10,589 nucleotides of DNA, taken from an uncultured Methanosarcinales archaeon. Lineage in GTDB: Archaea; Nanobdellota; Nanobdellia; Woesearchaeales; CAZDUE01. Location: NCBI GenBank assembly GCA_964508575.1, contig CAZDUE010000049.1, forward strand, positions 1 through 10,589, read 5' to 3'. Both the position numbers and the translations under genes were made by a program. Positions 5,938 to 10,589 of this stretch are shown here, piece by piece (the stretch's first letter is position 1; each line of letters begins with the position of its first letter). The notes under the pieces were generated by a model. That model was not told the origin of the DNA. It saw only the letters and a program-made list of their open reading frames with translations, and did not search any database.

Positions 5938-6861
5938 ATGAAAGTGATTGTTACAGGCGGTGCAGGTTTTATAGGAAGCCATATTGCAGAAGCTTTAATA
6001 AAAGAAAAGCACGAAGTAATAGTTATCGATAATCTTGAAACTGGCTCTAAAGATAACCTTCCTAAAGGGACTAAATTTTGCAATGCGGATATCCAAGACT
6101 TTGATAAAGTTCACGAGATTTTTAAAAAAGAAAAGCCAGACGCTGTTTTTCACCTTGCAGCTCAGATAAATGTACGTTCTTCAATAGAAAACCCTATGAA
6201 GGATGCTGAAGTGAATATGTTGGGAGTAATAAGTATTCTGGAAGCAATGTCTCGAAATGGAGTAAAAAAAATAATTTTTTCAAGTTCTGCTGCTGTTTAT
6301 GGAGATCCAGTTTTTTTGCCAGTGTCAGAATCCCATCCATTGAATCCTAAAAGTCCTTATGGTCTCTCAAAAGCAGGAGCTGAAGAGTACATTAAATGGT
6401 ATGAAAAAAACAAAGGCATTGAGTATGTAATTTTAAGATATGCAAATGTTTATGGTCCTCGTCAAGGATATAAAGGAGAGGCAGGAGTTATTTTCTTATT
6501 TGCCAATCTTTTATTGCAGAAAAAGACTCCAACAATTTTCGGTGATGGTAAACAGACAAGAGACTTCATATTTGTCGATGATGTTGTCTCTGCAAATCTT
6601 TCTGCGTTGAAAATTAAAGGCAAGTCAAAAATTTTTAATATAGGAACAGGCACTGAAATCACATTAAATGAGTTATATGAAAAGCTTGCGTGGGTTTCAG
6701 GATTCAATCCAAAGCCGAAGAAATTAGACGCTGTTCCAGGCGATATTAAAAAAATGGTTTATGATATTTCTCTTGTTCAGCGTGAGTTGAACTGGAAGCC
6801 GAAAACTAGTTTAGAAAAAGGTCTTAAGATTGTTGTTGAAAGTATAAATGCTAAAAAGTAA
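5938..6861 (+). CDS. NAD-dependent nucleotide-sugar 4-epimerase (GalE / short-chain dehydrogenase-epimerase family)
   Basis: Motifs present: VTGGAGFIGSH Rossmann; S-S-S-A-A-V-Y-G-D-P; the catalytic Y-x-x-x-K in PYGLSKAGAEEY; and YANVYGPRQ. AAGGTGA Shine-Dalgarno lies 5 nt upstream. The substrate (UDP-Glc, UDP-GlcA or UDP-Xyl) cannot be assigned from sequence alone. Confidence 0.85.
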   Translation: MKVIVTGGAGFIGSHIAEALIKEKHEVIVIDNLETGSKDNLPKGTKFCNADIQDFDKVHEIFKKEKPDAVFHLAAQINVRSSIENPMKDAEVNMLGVISILEAMSRNGVKKIIFSSSAAVYGDPVFLPVSESHPLNPKSPYGLSKAGAEEYIKWYEKNKGIEYVILRYANVYGPRQGYKGEAGVIFLFANLLLQKKTPTIFGDGKQTRDFIFVDDVVSANLSALKIKGKSKIFNIGTGTEITLNELYEKLAWVSGFNPKPKKLDAVPGDIKKMVYDISLVQRELNWKPKTSLEKGLKIVVESINAKK

Positions 6862-6912
6862 TTTGAAAATAATTTGAATAATGCCGGTGAAATGATATTG
6901 GTGAAAAAATAA

Positions 6913-7860
6913 ATGAAAGTTTTAGTCACAGGAGGAGCTGGTTTTATTGGCAGTCATCTATGCGAGCATCTTTTAAAAAATAATAAGATTACAGAAGTTA
7001 TTTGCATGGATAATTTAGCTTGTGCTAATGAAAATAATATTAAGCATCTTAAGAAAAATTCTAAATTCAGGTTTATGAATCATGATATTGTGAATATTGA
7101 TAATATCAATAAATCAAATATTAAGTGTGATTACATAATGCATTTCGCTTCTAGACCTAGTCCTATTGATTATGTTCGCGATCCAGTTCCAACCATGTTA
7201 GTCGGCTCTTTCGGGACTTATAATATGCTTGAACTTGCCCGCAAGAATAATTGTGAAATCCTTTTTGCATCAACTTCAGAAGTTTACGGCGATCCTTTGG
7301 AGCATCCTCAAAAAGAGAGTTACTGGGGTAATGTTAATTGTATAGGTCCTAGAGCTTGTTATGATGAATCAAAAAGGTTCAGCGAAGCTTTAATGTTCTC
7401 TTATCATAGGCAGTATGATGTTAAAATAAAGATTATAAGGATATTTAACACTTATGGCCCTAGAATGAGAAAGGATGATGGACGTATTGTTCCAGCGTTT
7501 ATCAGTCAAGCTTTAAAGAATCAGGATATTACTGTTTTTGGTGATGGAAAACAGACAAGAAGCTTTTGCTATGTTTCTGATCTTGTTTCTGGAATTATTA
7601 AATTCATGGAGCTAAAGCAAAATTACACAGGACCTATAAATCTTGGAAATCCTGATGAATATACCGTTATTGAATTTGCAGAAATTATAAAAAAATTAAC
7701 AAAGTCAAAATCTAAACTTGTTTTTAAAGATCTTCCTAAAGATGATCCTGCTAGAAGAAGACCAGATATTAATCTTGCGAAGAAAATTCTTAACTGGAAG
7801 CCGGAAATAAGCTTAGAGCAGGGATTGAAAGAGACTATTAATTGGTTCAAGGAGAATTGA
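6913..7860 (+). CDS. uxs: UDP-glucuronate decarboxylase (UDP-xylose synthase)
   Basis: It has the VTGGAGFIGSH Rossmann start, then the UXS-diagnostic block HPQKESYWGNVNCIGPRACYDESKRFSEAL...IRIFNTYGPRMRKDDGRIVPAFISQAL...TVFGDGKQTRSFCYVSDLV. This matches UXS/ArnA-decarboxylase-type enzymes (E-x-Y-W-G, C-Y-D-E-x-K-R, R-I-F-N-T-Y-G-P-R-M) rather than epimerases. Confidence 0.8.
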   Translation: MKVLVTGGAGFIGSHLCEHLLKNNKITEVICMDNLACANENNIKHLKKNSKFRFMNHDIVNIDNINKSNIKCDYIMHFASRPSPIDYVRDPVPTMLVGSFGTYNMLELARKNNCEILFASTSEVYGDPLEHPQKESYWGNVNCIGPRACYDESKRFSEALMFSYHRQYDVKIKIIRIFNTYGPRMRKDDGRIVPAFISQALKNQDITVFGDGKQTRSFCYVSDLVSGIIKFMELKQNYTGPINLGNPDEYTVIEFAEIIKKLTKSKSKLVFKDLPKDDPARRRPDINLAKKILNWKPEISLEQGLKETINWFKEN

Positions 7861-7876
7861 GTTCTAAAGACGCATC

Positions 7877-8362
7877 TTAAAGTTTTACTTTATTATACTC
7901 GTGTATCGGATCATCCTGAACATAAGGAATTCCTTGTTTTAATGAGAATTCTGCTTTTGCAAGTTCATATCCAAGATAAGAAGCATGCTGCAAGCTTGAT
8001 ATTAGTTTATTCTTGATTATTGTATTGTAAATGTCTTCCCCATTTTTTCCTTCTATTCTTAGCTTTAATTTGTGTTTTCCATTCTCAATCATATAATAAT
8101 TGACTCGGATTACTTTTTCATCATGAAACGGCTTTATTGTGAAGAAGCACTTTTTAGGATCTAATTTCCATTCTTTCGTGCTATGATAAGATGCTTTTAT
8201 AAGAGGCGCAGACTCAAAATCTTGAGTATATTCAATTCTCATGAAATAGGGCTTACTTTTCTTGCAAGAGGGACATTTCCAAGTTTTAGAAAGCTCGTCA
8301 AACTTCTTTTTTCCTTTGTTTTCAATTCTTTCATAACCACATCTGCATAAATGCTTTATCAT
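7877..8362 (-). CDS. zinc-ribbon protein of unknown function (161 aa)
   Basis: The N-terminal C-R-C-G...(20 aa)...C-P-S-C forms a four-Cys Zn-ribbon. It is followed by about 120 aa with no family recognisable by eye, although a conserved-looking block H-A-S-Y-L-G-Y-E-L-A-K-A-E lies near the C-terminus. It has its own TTTATAAA box (8384-8391), centred about 25 nt upstream of the ATG, and converges on the UXS gene across only a 16-nt gap. Confidence 0.6.
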   Translation of the reverse strand: MIKHLCRCGYERIENKGKKKFDELSKTWKCPSCKKSKPYFMRIEYTQDFESAPLIKASYHSTKEWKLDPKKCFFTIKPFHDEKVIRVNYYMIENGKHKLKLRIEGKNGEDIYNTIIKNKLISSLQHASYLGYELAKAEFSLKQGIPYVQDDPIHEYNKVKL

Positions 8363-8383
8363 GACTTGTAGATAGTAAATTGA

Positions 8384-8391
8384 GTTTATAA
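8384..8391 (-). promoter_or_regulatory. archaeal-type TATA box (TTTATAAA) for the 7877-8362 gene
   Basis: A palindromic octamer centred about 25 nt upstream of the minus-strand ATG at 8362. This spacing fits a leaderless or short-leader archaeal transcript. The same octamer recurs at 1584-1591. Confidence 0.4.
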
Positions 8392-8421
8392 ATGTTTCGT
8401 CGAGGATTCAAGAATACTTAA

Positions 8422-9330
8422 TCATTTCCTCTCAAACTTGTGTCCGCCAAATTCATTTCTCATTACTGCAAGTAGTTTTCCTCGATAATTTGGACTTTTT
8501 CTTGTTTCTACTCGCATTTTTCTAGCAGCTTCTAGAACTTTCATAGGTGCTTTTTTATTTAAGATTTCAAGCTTTTCCATTTCTTCTTCTGTTTCTCCGC
8601 GAGGAACTTCTCCAAATACTTCGTCAAAATAATCTCGGTTCATTCCTTGTTCCAGCCATGACATTAAACTTGAGGATACAATACTGCCATTGCTCCATGT
8701 TTGAGCTACTTTTTTCATGTCAGTATTAGTTTTATTTTCTGAAGAATATTCATTCACAAGATTCATTCCTTCTGCAATAGCGCCCATCATTCCGTATTCT
8801 ACAGCATTGTGCACTGCTTTAACTAAATGGCCAGATCCTGTTTTTCCCATGTAACCATACCCATTCTTTACACACATATCTTTAAACAAAATCTCAACTT
8901 TTTTGAATATTTCTTGGTCTCCTCCGATCATCATGCATGCTCCTTTTCTTGCTCCAGAAATTCCTCCTGATGTTCCAACATCAAGATAGTTTATTCCTTT
9001 TTTCTTCAAATAAGAATGTCTTCTTTTCGAGTCTTCAAAATAAGAATTTCCTCCATCAATAATTATATCTCCTTTGTCAAGCAGAGGAATCAATTTTTCA
9101 ATATGTTCATCAACCGGGGATCCTGCATTTATCATGAGCCATACAACTCGAGGATTTGGCAGTTTGCTTACAACTTCTTCAAGCGTATAAGCAGGAATTG
9201 CTCCGTATTTTTCAGCTTCTTCGGTTTTTTCAGGGCTTCTGTTGAATGCTACAACTTGATGCTTATGTTCTAGCAAATTAAGAACCATGTTCATTCCCAT
9301 TCTTCCTAGTCCTACAAATCCTATTTTCAT
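8422..9330 (-). CDS. gnd: 6-phosphogluconate dehydrogenase, short (about 300 aa) decarboxylating-like form
   Basis: N-terminal MKIGFVGLGRMGMNMVLNLLEHKHQVVAFNRSPEK is the 6PGDH NAD(P)-binding signature. GNSYFEDSKRR and GTSGGISGARKGACMMIGGD match the catalytic region of gnd/YqeC-type enzymes. The 302-aa length fits the short archaeal/YqeC form. AGGTGGA Shine-Dalgarno lies 4 nt upstream. Confidence 0.85.
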   Translation of the reverse strand: MKIGFVGLGRMGMNMVLNLLEHKHQVVAFNRSPEKTEEAEKYGAIPAYTLEEVVSKLPNPRVVWLMINAGSPVDEHIEKLIPLLDKGDIIIDGGNSYFEDSKRRHSYLKKKGINYLDVGTSGGISGARKGACMMIGGDQEIFKKVEILFKDMCVKNGYGYMGKTGSGHLVKAVHNAVEYGMMGAIAEGMNLVNEYSSENKTNTDMKKVAQTWSNGSIVSSSLMSWLEQGMNRDYFDEVFGEVPRGETEEEMEKLEILNKKAPMKVLEAARKMRVETRKSPNYRGKLLAVMRNEFGGHKFERK

Positions 9331-9379
9331 TTGTCCACCTGATTTTTTTTTAATAATAATCTAATGATAATCTATAAGT

Positions 9380-10309
9380 TCAATCAACTATCGGCTTTAT
9401 TGTGCTGTTAAAAAGTTTTGAGGCTCTTTTCGAATATTCATCTATGTTCTCCTTGAACCAAGGATGATGTTTTCGTTGTATTTTTCCAACTACATAGTAT
9501 CCTATTGCAACCATCATGCCATAATCTGCATCTTTCGGAATTGGTATGTTTATCTGTTTTTTTCCATAAACTTTTTTGTCATTTCCAAAAACTATGAACA
9601 TTTCTTCTGCAGGAATAACAGTAGTAGCATGTTTAACATATTCAGAAGTTTCAACATCTCTTGCAATTTGCCTTCCAAATAGTTCGATAAACTTGACTTG
9701 TATCATTCTTTTGAATTCAGAAAATTCAGGAGGTAAAATTACAAAATACTTGTTGAATTTTTTTGTTTCATCAAAATTTATCAGGTCGATCTTTTCAAGA
9801 TATTCATAAATTCTTTGAGGAGATTCTTTAGTATGTCCAAGTATCATTCCCAAATATGTTGAAGTATTATACGTATATGGCTCCTTTTGTTTTGGAAAAA
9901 CATACTCTTTGTCAGAATATTTTAAAGCGTCTGAGTTTTTAGTGTTTGTTATAAGTGTGATATTTTTTTTATACTTTTTTGAAACTTGTGCAATTATTGG
10001 GGCGTGCTTTCCTCCGCTTGCAGAGACTATTACAACTCCATCAATCTCTTTTATCATCTTTAGTTTGTTCTCAAAATCACTTTCGTTTGCGAATATTGCA
10101 TCTTTATCAGAAAATATTATTCTCGCAGTTGCTTCTGCATTTCCGCTCCCTACAACTAACGGTCTTTTATATTTTATTTCTATTTTAGGAATTTTTTGAG
10201 AATTTAATAATTCCAAAGCTCCCAGAACACAGATATCAAGCTCAGGGATTGTTTTTATATTAAAATTCTGCATTACATTAAAATTCTGTTTTTTATTTAT
10301 ATCTCTCAT
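9380..10309 (-). CDS. SIS-domain-like sugar-phosphate isomerase (possibly a bifunctional phosphoglucose/phosphomannose isomerase-type protein)
   Basis: 309 aa. Two blocks, LVVGSGNAEATARIIF and GVVIVSASGGKHAPIIAQ...ITLITNT, are positioned like the G-M-G-G-S and V-S-x-S-G-N-T-x-E-T phosphosugar-binding motifs of SIS-fold PGI/PMI enzymes of about 300 aa. The assignment rests on pattern alone. The gene lies directly upstream of, and on the same strand as, the 6PGDH-like gene. Confidence 0.45.
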   Translation of the reverse strand: MRDINKKQNFNVMQNFNIKTIPELDICVLGALELLNSQKIPKIEIKYKRPLVVGSGNAEATARIIFSDKDAIFANESDFENKLKMIKEIDGVVIVSASGGKHAPIIAQVSKKYKKNITLITNTKNSDALKYSDKEYVFPKQKEPYTYNTSTYLGMILGHTKESPQRIYEYLEKIDLINFDETKKFNKYFVILPPEFSEFKRMIQVKFIELFGRQIARDVETSEYVKHATTVIPAEEMFIVFGNDKKVYGKKQINIPIPKDADYGMMVAIGYYVVGKIQRKHHPWFKENIDEYSKRASKLFNSTIKPIVD

Positions 10310-10380
10310 ATTGGCAGTTAAGAGCTCTGAGTATTTAAGATTTTTTATTGTGTTAAATGATAAGTATTATGTCATTAATT

Positions 10381-10589
10381 TTATTCTCTGACAATAATAT
10401 AGAATTCATCGCTTACAGCAAATGCTTTTCCGTCTGTTGCAAAGAATGATGCTTTTCGCACTCCTCTGAATCCTTTATCTGGAATGAATGTCACTTTGCC
10501 TTTGTTGATTATTATTGTTATATTCTTTGGATTCGAAACTGCTCTCATCTCAAGTTCATCACCGTCAGGATCTGCAAAGTATTTTCCAA
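10381..10589 (-). CDS. 5'-truncated CDS (C-terminal 69 aa) with a DPDG motif reminiscent of the glyoxalase/VOC fold
   Basis: The minus-strand frame is open to the window edge: GKYFADPDGDELEMRAVSNPKNITIIINKGKVTFIPDKGFRGVRKASFFATDGKAFAVSDEFYIIVRE*, with stop TAA at 10381-10383. F-x-D-P-D-G-x-x-x-E is the hallmark beta-hairpin of VOC proteins. However, about 55 residues follow it, so the assignment is tentative. Confidence 0.4.
   Translation of the reverse strand, partial: GKYFADPDGDELEMRAVSNPKNITIIINKGKVTFIPDKGFRGVRKASFFATDGKAFAVSDEFYIIVRE

Noticed and set aside
6462-6707. Minus-strand ORF 6462-6707
   Set aside because: It is antisense to the epimerase gene, which has intact Rossmann and Y-x-x-x-K motifs.
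7623-7850. Minus-strand ORF 7623-7850
   Set aside because: It is antisense to the UXS gene, which carries the diagnostic decarboxylase motifs.
8547-9273. + strand ORFs 8547-8729 and 9016-9273
   Set aside because: They are antisense to the 6PGDH-like gene, whose signature motifs are clear.
9464-10199. + strand ORFs 9464-9682, 9576-9809, 9909-10199 and 9979-10188
   Set aside because: They are all antisense to the 309-aa SIS-like gene and are highly repetitive L/F/S-rich. Shadow ORFs.
1-10589. CRISPR arrays, IS elements, integrases, tandem repeats
   Set aside because: No spaced direct repeats, no transposase or integrase-like ORFs and no terminal inverted repeats were seen. The only repetitive features are the short palindromes and the R-Y tract listed above.

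Overview
AT-rich window of roughly 30% GC. Several genes are preceded by archaeal-style TTTATAAA/ATATATAAA boxes about 20-30 nt upstream of the start codon, and several also carry GGAGG/AGGTG Shine-Dalgarno motifs. The organism is most plausibly a small-genome, DPANN-like archaeon, but a candidate-phylum bacterium cannot be excluded. Contents in order, on the + strand unless marked: the 3' end of an RsmB/Nop2/Sun RNA methyltransferase gene (1-135); a vapBC-type toxin-antitoxin pair with a 4-nt ATGA overlap (162-784); two small uncharacterised minus-strand genes (849-1422); a conspicuous GC-rich non-coding island of about 100 nt (1467-1570); an SPFH/band-7 membrane protein gene (1609-2496, minus). 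The core is a nucleotide-sugar locus. A minus-strand gene encodes an unusual fusion of a NikR/CopG-type ribbon-helix-helix DNA-binding domain to a sugar-phosphate nucleotidyltransferase fold whose G-x-G-T-R-L NTP-binding loop is degenerate. It is divergently transcribed, across a 48-57-bp promoter carrying a TTATCGGATAA palindrome, from a four-gene operon: UDP-glucose 6-dehydrogenase, an NDP-sugar pyrophosphorylase with a left-handed beta-helix tail, a GalE-family epimerase, and UDP-glucuronate decarboxylase/UDP-xylose synthase. Together these give a complete UDP-xylose route. Downstream on the minus strand are a Zn-ribbon protein of unknown family with its own TATA box, a short-form 6-phosphogluconate dehydrogenase, a SIS-like sugar-phosphate isomerase, and the 3' end of a further gene with a DPDG glyoxalase-like motif. 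No rRNA, convincing tRNA, CRISPR array, transposase or integrase was seen. The most interesting candidate is the RHH-nucleotidyltransferase-like protein, read as a possible nucleotide-sugar-sensing transcription factor for the adjacent operon.
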